A stretch of 64,000 bases of DNA from an uncultured Candidatus Saccharibacteria bacterium (GTDB taxonomy: Bacteria > Patescibacteriota > Minisyncoccia > Phycocordibacterales > WO2-35-19): assembly GCA_964548205.1 (NCBI GenBank), contig CAZJPJ010000001.1, positions 60,086-124,085 on the forward strand, written 5' to 3'. Positions 45,491 to 55,930 of the stretch are shown one piece after another. Both the position numbers and the translations under genes were made by a program. The notes beneath the pieces were generated by a model. It was given only the letters and a program-made list of their open reading frames with translations. It was not told the DNA's origin and searched no databases. Each line of letters starts with the position of its first letter. The first letter of the stretch is position 1.

Positions 45491-46057
45491 TCAATATTTG
45501 CGTATCACCCCCTTCACTACCGCTGCTATCTTTAGATCGTATTCAGGGTATATCGGTTTGTATTTTTTGTTGGCTGGTTCGAGATATGTTTTGCCATTTT
45601 TCTTTCGCAGGTATTTCATCGTCCACCCTCCATCTACTTCTGCTATCACTATCTCCCCTTCTTTGGCTTCGGTTCTTCTTTCTACTATGACCAAGTCTCC
45701 TTCTTTGATCCCCTCCTCGATCATGGAGTCACCTTTTACTTCTAGTATATATGTAGATTCTTTGTTTTTGATCATGTACTCATCGAGGCTCATGGTGTCA
45801 GAAAGCTCTTCTTCTGCTGGGCTGGGGAACCCCGCTTCTACTAAGCCGAGCACTGGTACCTCACCTACAAGTTGTTTTGGAAGTATTTTGCCACTTCTGT
45901 CTTTCTCTACTACTCCAGCTTCTACAAGTTTATTTATAAGCTTATAAACAGCATTTTTGGATTTGAAACCAAGTAGTGCCATCATCTCTTTGTAGCCGGG
46001 CATCCGTTTGTGATCTTTGTAGAATTTTATGATTTTGTTTTTCTGATTTTCAAACAT
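45491..46057 (-). CDS. lexA: LexA repressor (S24 peptidase)
   Basis: N-terminal wHTH; cleavage-site region VEAGFPSP; GDSMIEEGI (Ser nucleophile) and TMKYLRKK (Lys). It lies directly upstream of, and on the same strand as, the Y-family polymerase. Confidence 0.85.
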   Translation of the reverse strand: MFENQKNKIIKFYKDHKRMPGYKEMMALLGFKSKNAVYKLINKLVEAGVVEKDRSGKILPKQLVGEVPVLGLVEAGFPSPAEEELSDTMSLDEYMIKNKESTYILEVKGDSMIEEGIKEGDLVIVERRTEAKEGEIVIAEVDGGWTMKYLRKKNGKTYLEPANKKYKPIYPEYDLKIAAVVKGVIRKY

Positions 46058-46060
46058 GTT
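46046..46060. promoter_or_regulatory. 10-bp perfect palindrome AAACATGTTT overlapping the lexA start codon (candidate SOS/LexA operator)
   Basis: Read directly (ttttcAAACATGTTTctag). Confidence 0.3.
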
Positions 46061-46076
46061 TCTAGAGTATCAGATC

Positions 46077-46295
46077 TTAGGCTCTTGCAAACTTGCTTAT
46101 ACTGAACACTGATGAGATACGAGAGAGGAAGTTTTGTGAACTGTGTCGATTTAGGCTGACCAGTCGAGCAATGAGCGCCTTGTGTCGTTTGGCCTCTGTG
46201 GCATAGGAAAGGCCGCGCAGGATCTTTTCATCAATACGCTTGTTTAGCATATCGAGTTCTTTTTGTATCGCTTTTACTATTTGATTCTTGCTCAT
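46077..46295 (-). CDS. small hypothetical protein (72 aa)
   Basis: ORF only. Confidence 0.3.
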   Translation of the reverse strand: MSKNQIVKAIQKELDMLNKRIDEKILRGLSYATEAKRHKALIARLVSLNRHSSQNFLSRISSVFSISKFARA

Positions 46296-46511
46296 GGTGT
46301 TTGTAGTTAGTTATTAATGCGCTCTACTAATATCTTCTTTTGATACAAAGAATTATAGGTGAACCACAGTTCACCTTGCAACTCCTAGTTGTGGATAACT
46401 GATAACAAGCCAATAAAATGTACACAAAATTTGCAATTGATTTTACATTATGTTATAATAATCTTTGGAAAAGAGACCTAAGAAGGTCTCAAATACCGAA
46501 GGGAGATAACC

Positions 46512-46802
46512 GTGACAGCACCGTATGATGGAAAAGTTTTGGTTGTCGATGGAGGAGATGAAGTCTCTTCTCACGTGGTGAAATGGATTGAAGGGGCGAA
46601 GATTGGAGGCACAATGCCTCTCGGTACCCTTCTCGAATCGTTGCTCGTGGAATTCGGGCATATCAACTGCCATATCTTGCCGATGGATGAGTTCTTGCCG
46701 CTCTATGAGGCTAATCAGTTCTATCTGGCCAACCTCTTCTTCTTTGTGGGCAACAAGATCCTCACTCACGAAGAGCGGTCCATGACCACTCAAACCCTGT
46801 AA
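46512..46802 (+). CDS. small hypothetical protein (96 aa) in a GC-richer cassette; GTG start
   Basis: Preceded by hairpin GAGACC taagaa GGTCTC and SD GGGAG. Followed by a terminator hairpin at 46804-46860 (CCCGCTCC...GGAAGCGGG then TTTTGTCG). Confidence 0.4.
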   Translation: MTAPYDGKVLVVDGGDEVSSHVVKWIEGAKIGGTMPLGTLLESLLVEFGHINCHILPMDEFLPLYEANQFYLANLFFFVGNKILTHEERSMTTQTL

Positions 46803-46803
46803 C

Positions 46804-46860
46804 AACCCGCTCCTAGGCGGCAGGCAGAGCCTGCAGTCGGAGGAAGCGGGTTTTGTCGTA
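46804..46860 (+). terminator. nested GC hairpin followed by a T-run
   Basis: AACCCGCTCC taggc GGCAGGC aga GCCTGC agtcggaGGAAGCGGGTTTTGTCG. Confidence 0.45.
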
Positions 46861-46884
46861 TTGAAATTTGTAAAACAAATCCGC

Positions 46885-48693
46885 CTAAGCTTCTTTCTCT
46901 TTCTTACTCTTTGATTTTGCACGCTCGGATTCTGTAAGTAGCTTCTTACGCAAGCGTACGCTCGAAGGTGTTATCTCCAAGTATTCATCGCTCGACATTA
47001 TCTCGAGCCCACTCTCTATTGAGAGTCTTTTTGGTGGAGTAAGGTAGATGTTCTCATCGCTCCCCGATGCTCTCATGTTGGTCAGCTGTTTGCCTTTTGT
47101 AGGGTTGACCGCTAGTTCGTCTCCTCTCGATGTGTTGCCTATGACCATGCCTTCATACACTTCCTCGCTCGCTCCGATATAGAGCTCACCTCTGTCTTGT
47201 AGGTTGGCCAAGGAAAAGCCAAGAGCTTTGCCGCTCATCATGCTAGTCATCGAGCCGACGGCTCTCTTTTCTATCTCTCCTGCATAGGCCTTGAAGTCTA
47301 TGACTCTCGATGCAAATATACCTTCACCTTTTGTATCTATAACAAACTGGTTGCGATAGCCCAGAAGCCCCCTTGTCGGTCCTTCAAATATCATGCGCAC
47401 TCTATCGCCATCTTGCTTCATGTTCATCATGATACTGCCGCGTTTTGAAAGCTTTTCGATCACTGCACCTTGAAATTCGCTTGGTATGTCGACAGTTACT
47501 TCTTCAAATGGTTCACTTTTTACCCCATCTATTTCTTTTATGATGACTTGTGGTTCTGATACCTGTACCTCATAACCCTCTCGTCGCATATTTTCTAGAA
47601 GTATAGCTATATGAAGTTCTCCTCTACCTGCAACTCTCATGTCATCTCCGTCGAAGCGCACTTTCAAACCGACATTCACCTCAAGTTCCCTCTCAAGTCT
47701 TTCTCTTATTTGTCTACCTGTTACAAACTTTCCTTCTCTGCCAGCAAATGGCGAATTGTTAACTAGGAAATTGAGTTCAATAGTGGGTTCATCTACTTCT
47801 ATAGATGGCAAAAGTTCACTGTCTTCTTTTTCACATACTGTATCTCCTATATAAATATTAGGAAGGCCGGCAAACATCACTATATCTCCTGCTTGTGCCT
47901 CGGCTACTTCTACTCTCCTCGTACCTTCAAATGTAAATAGTTTGGTGATGCGACCCTTTTCTACTTTCCCGTCTTTGTTTTTTGCAAAAATACTAGCTCC
48001 GTTTTTCATCACTCCTTTATAAATACGAGCGATACCTGCTCTACCCATGAAGCTGTCATAGCCGAGGTTGAAGGTCTGAGCAATAAGATCCTCAGAAGCC
48101 GCGTCACTATGTGACGCGGCCGGCACCTTCTCCAATATCGTATCCAAAAGCGGATCTAGATTTTTCCTCTCATCGTTTAGATTTCTCATAGCCACTCCCT
48201 CTTTGCCTATGGCATATATAGTGGTGAAGTCGAGTTGATCGTCTGTCGCTCCAAGTTCCAAGAAAAGTTCCAAAAGCTCCTCATGGACTCTTTCTGGATC
48301 TGCTGCTGGCTTGTCTATTTTGTTTAAAACTACTATCGGGTGATGTCCGAGTTCTAGAGATTTTTTGAGTACAAAACGTGTCTGAGGCATTGGACCTTCT
48401 TGGGCGTCAACGACGAGAAGTACACAATCGATTGATCGCAATACTCTCTCTACTTCACTTCCGAAGTCTGCGTGGCCGGGGGTGTCTACTATGTTTATTT
48501 TAGTGTCTCGATATCTAACGCTAGTATTTTTGGCATAAATAGTAATACCGCGCTCTTTTTCTAGCGCGTTGTTGTCCATACTTGTGCTCTCGTCTGCCAT
48601 ACCTGTCTGTCGCATCAGGGCGTCGGTTAGTGTAGTCTTACCGTGGTCGACGTGAGCTATTATTGCTATGTTTCGTATTTCCATATTTGGCAT
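46885..48693 (-). CDS. typA: translational GTPase TypA/BipA
   Basis: [36 protein letters not shown] and a BipA-type C-terminal domain. An alternative start Met lies 3 codons in. Confidence 0.9.
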   Translation of the reverse strand: MPNMEIRNIAIIAHVDHGKTTLTDALMRQTGMADESTSMDNNALEKERGITIYAKNTSVRYRDTKINIVDTPGHADFGSEVERVLRSIDCVLLVVDAQEGPMPQTRFVLKKSLELGHHPIVVLNKIDKPAADPERVHEELLELFLELGATDDQLDFTTIYAIGKEGVAMRNLNDERKNLDPLLDTILEKVPAASHSDAASEDLIAQTFNLGYDSFMGRAGIARIYKGVMKNGASIFAKNKDGKVEKGRITKLFTFEGTRRVEVAEAQAGDIVMFAGLPNIYIGDTVCEKEDSELLPSIEVDEPTIELNFLVNNSPFAGREGKFVTGRQIRERLERELEVNVGLKVRFDGDDMRVAGRGELHIAILLENMRREGYEVQVSEPQVIIKEIDGVKSEPFEEVTVDIPSEFQGAVIEKLSKRGSIMMNMKQDGDRVRMIFEGPTRGLLGYRNQFVIDTKGEGIFASRVIDFKAYAGEIEKRAVGSMTSMMSGKALGFSLANLQDRGELYIGASEEVYEGMVIGNTSRGDELAVNPTKGKQLTNMRASGSDENIYLTPPKRLSIESGLEIMSSDEYLEITPSSVRLRKKLLTESERAKSKSKKEKEA

Positions 48694-48807
48694 GTCGCAA
48701 AATAGCTTTTTTCACTCGAGAACTATTTTGCTTACTTTGTATTTAGAATAAAAAAGGCCTCCTTCCGGCCGCAAACACTATAACATAAAAAGTATAAAAG
48801 TTAAAAG

Positions 48808-49677
48808 TTACCCCAAACACGTCCTAAGCTCATTTTTGTGAGAAAGGTAGCAAGAGTTGCAGCAGATCACTTTGCGCGAAGGTTTGTAAGTATCGTTGCT
48901 GTAGTATGTCTCGCACTTGTTGCCACAATATATACACTCTCCCACTACCTCTTTCTCGGGGGTATCTACAACATCAGTGACCATCCTATTGTCAAAGACG
49001 AAGAGCGTACCTTTGAAATGCTCCCCAGGGTATTTGGCCATATAAGTATGTATGCCATCTTTGAGTTGGTATAGGTTTTCGAAGCCTTCTCGTTTGAGCA
49101 GACATGTGGCCTTCTCGCATCTTATCCCTCCGGTGCAGACTGATACTATTTTCTTGTCTTTGATATTTTTCAACTCTGCTATTTTGGCACTCAAATCACG
49201 GAAGTTTTCAAGTTTTGGATCGACGGTTTTTTCAAAATATCCAGACTGTATCTCATAGTCGTTGCGCAGATCTAAGACTACAAAATCTTCACCACTCTCA
49301 TACATCTTGTGAAGTTCTTCGACACTCACTTCTGGGGCAGTTTCTTTTTTGACATCAAACCTTCCGGCCCGCAGTGTCACTATCTCTGGCCTTACTTTTA
49401 CCTTCAGTTTTGTAAAGGCTTCGCCGGTACCTTCGCTTTGTTTGAAAGGCATGTCAGCAAAAAGCTTGTGTCGGCCCATTGCCTCTATATACTTGTCTGT
49501 AGCTTCTAGTGTGCCCTCGAGTGTGCCGTTTATACCCTCTTCGGCTAGGAGTATCCGCCCGAGTAGCCCAAGGCTCTTGCAGAGCTCTCTCTGTTCTTCC
49601 ATCACTGCTTTTGGATCTGCTATGTCTACAAATTTGTAGAAAAGTAGCACTTTGTATTTTTGCTGATCATTTTTCAC
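48808..49677 (-). CDS. trhO: rhodanese-domain protein of the TrhO/YceA (UPF0176) family
   Basis: N-terminal YceA-like domain, a rhodanese domain with an active Cys (SVCTGGIRCEKA), and a C-terminal Cys-rich tail (CIYCGNKCE...ICCNSC). Confidence 0.7.
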   Translation of the reverse strand: MKNDQQKYKVLLFYKFVDIADPKAVMEEQRELCKSLGLLGRILLAEEGINGTLEGTLEATDKYIEAMGRHKLFADMPFKQSEGTGEAFTKLKVKVRPEIVTLRAGRFDVKKETAPEVSVEELHKMYESGEDFVVLDLRNDYEIQSGYFEKTVDPKLENFRDLSAKIAELKNIKDKKIVSVCTGGIRCEKATCLLKREGFENLYQLKDGIHTYMAKYPGEHFKGTLFVFDNRMVTDVVDTPEKEVVGECIYCGNKCETYYSNDTYKPSRKVICCNSCYLSHKNELRTCLG

Positions 49678-49711
49678 AGCTATTTTATAGCATATTTAGG
49701 AACTTTGTTCT

Positions 49712-50287
49712 ATGGTACAATCTTTATTTATGGAACAATTTGATATCAAAACCATAGCCACTATCATACACGTCTTTGGTGCTGTGCTCGGTGCCGGAGG
49801 CGCCTATCTCAGCGACGCTATGTTTTTCAGCTCAGTCAAAGACGAAAAGATAAGCCGGACTGAGCTAAGGTTTTTGCGCATCGGTTCGCGCTTTGTCTGG
49901 ATTGGGCTTTTGATTCTTGTTTTGTCCGGCTTTGTGCTTTTCTTTCTCGATACTCAGAAGTATCTGGCCTCAAGCAAATTCCTTGCTAAAGCTACTATAG
50001 TGCTCATTATCATAATAAACGGTATTATTTTCCACCGAGTACATCTGCCTCGCATACACCGCCATGCGGGGCACCATTTTCCGTCTTCAGATGAATTCAT
50101 GCGTCACCGCCCACTCCTCCTCGCAAGTGGTGCTATATCTTTCTTGTCTTGGACCACCGTACTTATCCTAGGCAAACTCAAATCAGTGCCGCTCTCATAT
50201 AGCACCATCATGCTCGCCTATCTTATTCTCATCATCGGCGCATCATTTACGAGCCAAGTTTTGTTTAAACACAAATCAAAAAGATAA
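49712..50287 (+). CDS. hypothetical polytopic membrane protein
   Basis: Four or five hydrophobic helices; no motif. Confidence 0.45.
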   Translation: MVQSLFMEQFDIKTIATIIHVFGAVLGAGGAYLSDAMFFSSVKDEKISRTELRFLRIGSRFVWIGLLILVLSGFVLFFLDTQKYLASSKFLAKATIVLIIIINGIIFHRVHLPRIHRHAGHHFPSSDEFMRHRPLLLASGAISFLSWTTVLILGKLKSVPLSYSTIMLAYLILIIGASFTSQVLFKHKSKR

Positions 50288-50302
50288 CTAAGATCTCCAT
50301 TC

Positions 50303-51139
50303 CTACCACCCCATCATTCCACGGCCAAACCAACCATCACTACGACTTCTATTACCTCTACCAGTGTTCGATCCTATGATTGCTGTATACTCTTCTTCGC
50401 TTATGTATTGTGGTGTGTAGCTACCTCCTTTAGCTTCTAGTTGCGCTACAAAGGCTCTCATGTGGTTTTCTGACCCTCTTTTCAAGTTGTTATATACAAG
50501 ATTAATATCCTGATTGTCTGTATCTTTTATATAATTATTCAAGTCTTTTATATCTAAGTCTTCGATCGTAGCGCCCACTTTCAGAGCTTCCTCTAGAGAT
50601 ACGGAACCCTGATCGGTCAGTTGTTTGTATAAGTCAGCAAGTTCTCGGTTTTTGAATACCCCGATCTCATCGTTTGTCACTGGGTCAGCTATCTTATATT
50701 TTGACAACAGACTCTTTACTGCATTTGTATGAACCTCTTCACTTCTCGATATATTTGAGAATATCTGTGTTCCCCACTTTTTGTATAAGGTTATGTATAC
50801 GTCGCGGGCCAGCTTTTCTTCTTCTCTCATATATAAGAGCCCGGCTGATTCAGCACTTGATATACTTTCTGTCGGGAGCGATTCTACTTCTGGGCGCATC
50901 GATACAAAGTCGCTCATCACTGTGTATCCACTACTTCCATATTTTTCACTATATCCTCCCATCATGTATCCGTTCTTGTCTCCGTCGTATCTGTGTAAGA
51001 AATCCTTACCTCTATTATTGTCTCCGCTTAGGAACATGCCAAGAGCCAAGCCGACCACCACAAACGTTATAGCAAATAATGTCTTGTTTTCTTTCCACTT
51101 CTCCATTTTATTGTTATTAGATATTGATAAACAGATCAA
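50303..51139 (-). CDS. exported ferritin-like (DUF2202-type) hypothetical protein
   Basis: Signal anchor; helical pairs with E..H spacing (SRSEEVHTNAV, GSENHMRAFVAQLE). Confidence 0.4.
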   Translation of the reverse strand: MICLSISNNNKMEKWKENKTLFAITFVVVGLALGMFLSGDNNRGKDFLHRYDGDKNGYMMGGYSEKYGSSGYTVMSDFVSMRPEVESLPTESISSAESAGLLYMREEEKLARDVYITLYKKWGTQIFSNISRSEEVHTNAVKSLLSKYKIADPVTNDEIGVFKNRELADLYKQLTDQGSVSLEEALKVGATIEDLDIKDLNNYIKDTDNQDINLVYNNLKRGSENHMRAFVAQLEAKGGSYTPQYISEEEYTAIIGSNTGRGNRSRSDGWFGRGMMGW

Positions 51140-51220
51140 AATGAGTGCTTTATTGAGCGTATTTACTCCTAATATCGACCAAGTTTGCCCTTCTCTTGAA
51201 GGGCATTTTCTCTTATTATA

Positions 51221-52972
51221 TCACTTTATACTCTTTTCAGCAGATTGCTCGCGCCAGAGAGCGGCGTATAGGTTGTTGTTGTCCAGCAGTTCTTCGTGTG
51301 TGCCGCTCTCTATTATCCGTCCTTTTTCAAACACAAATATTCTATCAGCGTGCACAATAGTCGATAGTCTATGAGCTACAAGTATTTGTGTCAGATTTTT
51401 GTTGGTTTTTTTGAGATTTTTGATCGTATTTGTTATGTGCGACTCTGTTATCGAATCAAGGCTTGAGGTAGCTTCGTCGAAGATGATAAGGTCAGGGTTA
51501 CGCAGTAGCGCTCTTGCTATGGCGAGGCGCTGCTTTTCTCCGCCAGAAAGCTTCAACCCTCCTTCACCTATCTTAGTTTCCAGTCCCATGTTTGTACGCT
51601 CAAGTATGGTATAAGCTTGAGCAAGTTTTAGAGCTTCTATACATTCGCCGTCTGTCGCTTTCGGCTTTACGAAGAGCAAGTTTTCTCTTACTGTCCCAGC
51701 GAAGAGCTGGGTGTCCTGAGCTACTAGCCCCACTTTTTTTCTAAGAGTGTTGGGGTCGATGTCTTTGATATCTACATCATTTATGAGTACCGATCCTTTC
51801 GTTGGTGTGTACAATCCAAGCAAGATTTTTATCATTGTACTTTTGCCAGATCCACTTGGTCCGACTAGAGCCACCGACTTACCAGCGCTTATCTCTATAC
51901 TTATATCCCTCAAAGCTTCCTTGGCTCCAGAATCATATGAATGGCTAATCCCCTTGTATTCTATTTTATCTACCCTCTCTACTTTCTTAGCATTTTCTGG
52001 TACTTTTATCGGATCAAGTCTGAAAAGCCCTTCAAGTTGTTCGAGGCTAGCTCTGGCTTCTTGGTAAGAAGAGACCAGTTGTCCAATCGAAGCCAGTGGA
52101 GCGAAGATGAAAAACTGGTATATCCATAGTGTCAAAAATTGACCTATAGATATTGTTCCCTCAAATATAAACCAGAGCATCACAAACAAAAGTGTACTGC
52201 GAAGCGCGTTGATCAATGTGCCCTGAGTAAAATCTAGTTTCCGTACAATCTTTACTTTGTGTATCTCGAGCCCAAGTATTTTTTCGTTTACTTTGTTGAG
52301 CCTCTTTATCTCTTGCTCATCTAGTCCAAGACTTTTGACCAGCTCTACGTTGCGCAGGGTTTCAGTCGTAGATCCAGAGAGAGCCGCAGTCTCCTTTACT
52401 ATAGCCTGTTGAGCTTGCTTTATCTTTTTGCTCAATATAAAGATGGCTGTGCCTATGGTCGGTATGATGAGTACATAAGAGAGTCCGATAAACCAATGTA
52501 TCGATACCGCATACCCGACTGCAAAAAGTATGCCGATCAGAGAAAAGAAAAGTATGTTTATAGTGTTGCTTATGAGTGCTTGTGAGTCAGTCCTAGCTTT
52601 CTGCAACTTATTAAGTATCTCACCACTTCTTTCGTCTTCGAAAATAGAAAAAGGCAAAGAAAAAGCATGATCGACACTTTTAGAGTACAGATTTGTGCCT
52701 ACTCTTTGGGTGATGACGTTTACATAGTAGTCCTGAAAAGCTTTTGCCACTCTCGATACAAGTGCTACTCCGACTGAGCCAAGGAGTAAGATAAGGATAC
52801 CCGAAATAAATACACTCTTATCCAATTGATCTGCTTTTGTGGCGAAGTTGTCGATGATGAGGCGAAATAGCTGCGGATCGAGCATGCTAAATATCTGGTT
52901 TATGCTCGCGAGTATTAGAGCTATTATTACCAAACTTTTGTATCGTAAGAGTTCTCTGAATAGTAGTTGCAT
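51221..52972 (-). CDS. ABC transporter, fused permease/ATPase (MsbA-like exporter)
   Basis: Six-TM N-terminal domain; Walker A GPSGSGKST, signature LSGGEKQRLAIARAL, Walker B LIIFDEATSSLD. Confidence 0.85.
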   Translation of the reverse strand: MQLLFRELLRYKSLVIIALILASINQIFSMLDPQLFRLIIDNFATKADQLDKSVFISGILILLLGSVGVALVSRVAKAFQDYYVNVITQRVGTNLYSKSVDHAFSLPFSIFEDERSGEILNKLQKARTDSQALISNTINILFFSLIGILFAVGYAVSIHWFIGLSYVLIIPTIGTAIFILSKKIKQAQQAIVKETAALSGSTTETLRNVELVKSLGLDEQEIKRLNKVNEKILGLEIHKVKIVRKLDFTQGTLINALRSTLLFVMLWFIFEGTISIGQFLTLWIYQFFIFAPLASIGQLVSSYQEARASLEQLEGLFRLDPIKVPENAKKVERVDKIEYKGISHSYDSGAKEALRDISIEISAGKSVALVGPSGSGKSTMIKILLGLYTPTKGSVLINDVDIKDIDPNTLRKKVGLVAQDTQLFAGTVRENLLFVKPKATDGECIEALKLAQAYTILERTNMGLETKIGEGGLKLSGGEKQRLAIARALLRNPDLIIFDEATSSLDSITESHITNTIKNLKKTNKNLTQILVAHRLSTIVHADRIFVFEKGRIIESGTHEELLDNNNLYAALWREQSAEKSIK

Positions 52973-52996
52973 TTCTATTATTTTTTAGATTTTGTA

Positions 52997-53290
52997 TCAT
53001 CGACCCCCCCACTGCCAACGAGGCTTCTCGCCCTTTTTGTAGCAGATAAATATGAGTATAAAAGTGAGCGCTGCAAATGGTGCGACTATGCCGATAAGTG
53101 TGTCGCTTACAGAGTGTGAGGTGTTGTCAACATCTTTGAAAATCTGGATCAAAGCAAGCATATAGAGTAGTATCACAAGTACCCCTTGCCAACGCACTGG
53201 TGTCCAGCCCCACCCGAAAACTTTGCGCTTAAACCAGTATCCTTCTGGGTTGTCTTTGAGATAATCGATGTATTTTTTCACGAAGCTCAT
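52997..53290 (-). CDS. small membrane protein (97 aa)
   Basis: Two hydrophobic helices. Confidence 0.4.
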   Translation of the reverse strand: MSFVKKYIDYLKDNPEGYWFKRKVFGWGWTPVRWQGVLVILLYMLALIQIFKDVDNTSHSVSDTLIGIVAPFAALTFILIFICYKKGEKPRWQWGGR

Positions 53291-53370
53291 CCTTTGATTT
53301 TATCACAAAATAGCTTCGAACAGTCTTGGTCACCCTCCGAGAGTCTCTTGTGTCTCCAGTGTGCTCTACA

Positions 53371-53595
53371 TTATTCTACTACGATCGTAGCAAAATAATG
53401 GGAAGAGATTTTTAAAAAATCAAAAGCCCGGTTCGCCAAGAGGCGAACCGGGCTCGGGGGCGGGGGTGGCGCGGCTTGTTCTGCCGGACACGGCGCGGGC
53501 CGTTTTTCCCACAGATGAACTGTCCCTCCGCCCAGCATGGCCCCGGTGGCTAGCAACATAGCCACCACGAGCCACGCCTTTGTTTTCGGATGCAT
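53371..53595 (-). CDS. small single-TM protein in a very GC-rich cassette; the 3' boundary is uncertain
   Basis: MHPKTKAWLVVAMLLATGAMLGGG... is preceded on the minus strand by TTGCAT, a 17-nt spacer, TATAAT and SD GGAGG. A terminator hairpin (AGCCCGGTTCGCC aagag GCGAACCGGGCT then T-run) lies inside the 3' part of the called ORF, so the true stop or frame may differ. Confidence 0.3.
   Translation of the reverse strand: MHPKTKAWLVVAMLLATGAMLGGGTVHLWEKRPAPCPAEQAAPPPPPSPVRLLANRAFDFLKISSHYFATIVVE
53411..53454 (-). terminator. hairpin AGCCCGGTTCGCC, loop aagag, GCGAACCGGGCT, then TTTTGATTTTTT on the minus strand
   Basis: Read directly. Confidence 0.55.
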
Positions 53596-53600
53596 GGGAC

Positions 53601-53641
53601 CTCCTACCCTATATTATAGCACGTTTCGTACCAAAATGCAA
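53601..53641 (-). promoter_or_regulatory. near-perfect sigma70 promoter (TTGCAT, 17-nt spacer, TATAAT) and SD GGAGG on the minus strand
   Basis: Reverse complement of 53596-53641 is TTGCATTTTGGTACGAAACGTGCTATAATATAGGGTAGGAGGTCCC, then ATG. Confidence 0.5.
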
Positions 53642-53664
53642 GTAGGTTATAAACTTACTGCAGG

Positions 53665-54498
53665 CTATGCTTGTGGGTCAGGTTTCTTTATATTGAGAAC
53701 CAAAACAATGATGAAGAGCAAGAGCTTATATACAAAACTCAAGGCTTGTATGCCGAAAAAAGAAAGTACGGTCTCAATCACCAATGCGGGAGCTAGGGCA
53801 AACATCGATATTGTGTAGCTATCGCTAAATGTCTCTGGCCTGCTCTTAATGCGCAGCATGATCAATGTTATTATTGCAAAAACAATCAAGCCAACCATCG
53901 TCCAGAGCATCGTTGCTGCCGATACAAATATAGATGCAGCTAGCACAAAAGGTATCACAAGTATTTTGAGCCACCCGAATAGTTTGGTTGCCCACTCAGT
54001 CACCTCTTGTTCGTTTATTATAAGATCTTCGATGTCGTTCAATTGGAAAATTCTCTGCTCGTTTTTCTGATTTAGTACCAGCCCGCTCTTGGTGAGTATC
54101 AGAGCAGAGTCGAAGTTTGCTATGTCAGAAAGGGAGAGTTCTCGGCTATTGTCGATGACTAGTATGTTCGATGGGTCGCTATTTGTTTTTATTTCATTAG
54201 GATAAGGTATCGTATAAGGCACTTCTACGTTTGTCTCTACCTCACCTTTGGAGATATGTATCACTAGGTCGTCTGGATAATATTTTTCTACCGTACTTTC
54301 TATAGAAAAATCCCTCACACTCTTTAGGCTTTTTATGGCGCTTGGAAAAAATGTCAAAGCTACATCTATAATGACGATTACAAACAAGAACCAAAAACCA
54401 TTCCAAAAAGTTCTGCTCTTTGGTAATGAGGCATAGAACGATGGGTTATAAAACGAAGATCTCAAATTTTGCCAGAAGCTTCTAATGATACTATTCAT
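53665..54498 (-). CDS. hypothetical membrane protein (277 aa)
   Basis: Several TM helices flanking a soluble middle region. Confidence 0.5.
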   Translation of the reverse strand: MNSIIRSFWQNLRSSFYNPSFYASLPKSRTFWNGFWFLFVIVIIDVALTFFPSAIKSLKSVRDFSIESTVEKYYPDDLVIHISKGEVETNVEVPYTIPYPNEIKTNSDPSNILVIDNSRELSLSDIANFDSALILTKSGLVLNQKNEQRIFQLNDIEDLIINEQEVTEWATKLFGWLKILVIPFVLAASIFVSAATMLWTMVGLIVFAIITLIMLRIKSRPETFSDSYTISMFALAPALVIETVLSFFGIQALSFVYKLLLFIIVLVLNIKKPDPQA

Positions 54499-54554
54499 AT
54501 TACCTACTATTATACCATATCTGGCTTGTTTAGTACATTTTTTACTCTCTTTGC

Positions 54555-55391
54555 CTAATCATCTTTGCTTTTTTCGCTAGATTCACTCTTAGATTTTTCA
54601 GATTTTTTGTAAGCCTTCTCTTTATTTTCTTTCAATGTTCGGATGCGCTTGTCTATGTCTTCTCTAGCCTTCTCGATTCTTTCTTTTACCTCCTTCTCTA
54701 TCTCACTCCTTCTCTTTTCATTTTCTTCTGCTATCTTCTTCTGCTCTTTAGCAATTTCTTCATTTTGTTTTTCTATTTTACTCCAGACTTCGGTATTTAT
54801 TTTTTCTGCCTGCATATCTGTGCTAGTAGCGTTACTGCCATGTGATTTGTTTCCTATATCTGATTTTTTCCTAGTCTTGGTTTCGAAAGCGTCCTCTTCG
54901 CTTACACTTTTCTTTGCTTCTTTTTCTATTTCTTTCTCTGCATTTCTTACAAATCTTTCTGTGTGCTTTGTAAACAATATTTCTACTTTTTGTTTTTTAT
55001 CTTCATCAAATTTTTCTTTCGATATAAGGGCTTCCACCTCTTCGATACGTCGATTGGCTTTTTGTGCTTCCCACTCTACTTTTTGTTCGGGCAATATCTG
55101 GACAATATCCCTAATAGGTTCTGTTATGTCTACCTTCAGAGGGTAAAGTAGGTCTCCAGGCAAAGAACTTTCTGCTGCATAAGACACTCCTCCAGTGGCG
55201 AGGACCAAAAGGGCTACTAAAGTGACAAAAGCATGCGTTCTTACAGCTACAAATGATCTTGTGAATATATTTGAAGGTATGCTTGCATATGGCGATCTGG
55301 TCAAAATACGCTGTAGCAAAAAACTCTTCTCTTCTCTGCTGAGATTTATTTTCTTCAGATCTTCTATTCCTTTTTGCCACTTCTCATTCAC
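54555..55391 (-). CDS. putative anti-sigma factor (cytoplasmic N-terminal domain, one TM, Lys/Glu-rich C-terminus)
   Basis: Overlaps the ECF sigma gene stop by 4 nt. Has a TM helix FVTLVALLVLATGGVSYAA. Confidence 0.5.
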   Translation of the reverse strand: MNEKWQKGIEDLKKINLSREEKSFLLQRILTRSPYASIPSNIFTRSFVAVRTHAFVTLVALLVLATGGVSYAAESSLPGDLLYPLKVDITEPIRDIVQILPEQKVEWEAQKANRRIEEVEALISKEKFDEDKKQKVEILFTKHTERFVRNAEKEIEKEAKKSVSEEDAFETKTRKKSDIGNKSHGSNATSTDMQAEKINTEVWSKIEKQNEEIAKEQKKIAEENEKRRSEIEKEVKERIEKAREDIDKRIRTLKENKEKAYKKSEKSKSESSEKSKDD

Positions 55392-55927
55392 TTTGTATCG
55401 ACTTCTTTTCTTTCTATTATTATCTCTCTCAATTTTTGTAAAGCGTGGTTGATCCTTAGGGAGGCTGCGTTTGCTGATATCTCAAGTATCTCTGAGATTT
55501 CCTTTGGCGACAGATCATCCATATATCTCATCCTTATTATATCTCTATATTGCTTAGGTAGTTCTTCGATCTTTTCTAAAACATATGAAGCTTCTACCGA
55601 TATCTCTAGTTTGTGGTGCGCATCAGGGTCGGCAATATCTGTGCTGTACTCATCTTCCTCGTTGTAAGTCATTTCCTCAAGAGAGACCGCCTTCCTTTTT
55701 TTATAGGTGTCTATTACCCTATTTCTTGCTACTCTGAGCAACCATGCACGAGGGTTTTCTATGGCCTCACCTTCTACTATTTTTTGCCACAATTTGTAAA
55801 ATGATTCCTCTACTATATCTAGAACTTCCTCTCTATCAGAGAGTCTAAACATAATGTACCTGAAGACCCTATCAGATTCTTGATGATATATTTTTTCGAA
55901 AATATTTCTTTTTTCATCTTGGTCCAT
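55388..55927 (-). CDS. ECF-type RNA polymerase sigma factor (sigma-70 regions 2 and 4)
   Basis: Region 2 FRYIMFRLSDREEVLDIVEESFYKLW and region 4 LPKQYRDIIRMRYMDDLSPKEISEILEISANAASLRINHALQKLR. Confidence 0.85.
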   Translation of the reverse strand: MDQDEKRNIFEKIYHQESDRVFRYIMFRLSDREEVLDIVEESFYKLWQKIVEGEAIENPRAWLLRVARNRVIDTYKKRKAVSLEEMTYNEEDEYSTDIADPDAHHKLEISVEASYVLEKIEELPKQYRDIIRMRYMDDLSPKEISEILEISANAASLRINHALQKLREIIIERKEVDTK

Positions 55928-55930
55928 ATA

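Noticed and set aside
46443-46922. 159-aa minus-strand ORF
   Set aside because: It overlaps the typA 3' end and the better-supported + strand ORF 46512..46802, which has an RBS and terminator. It has no motif and is probably spurious.
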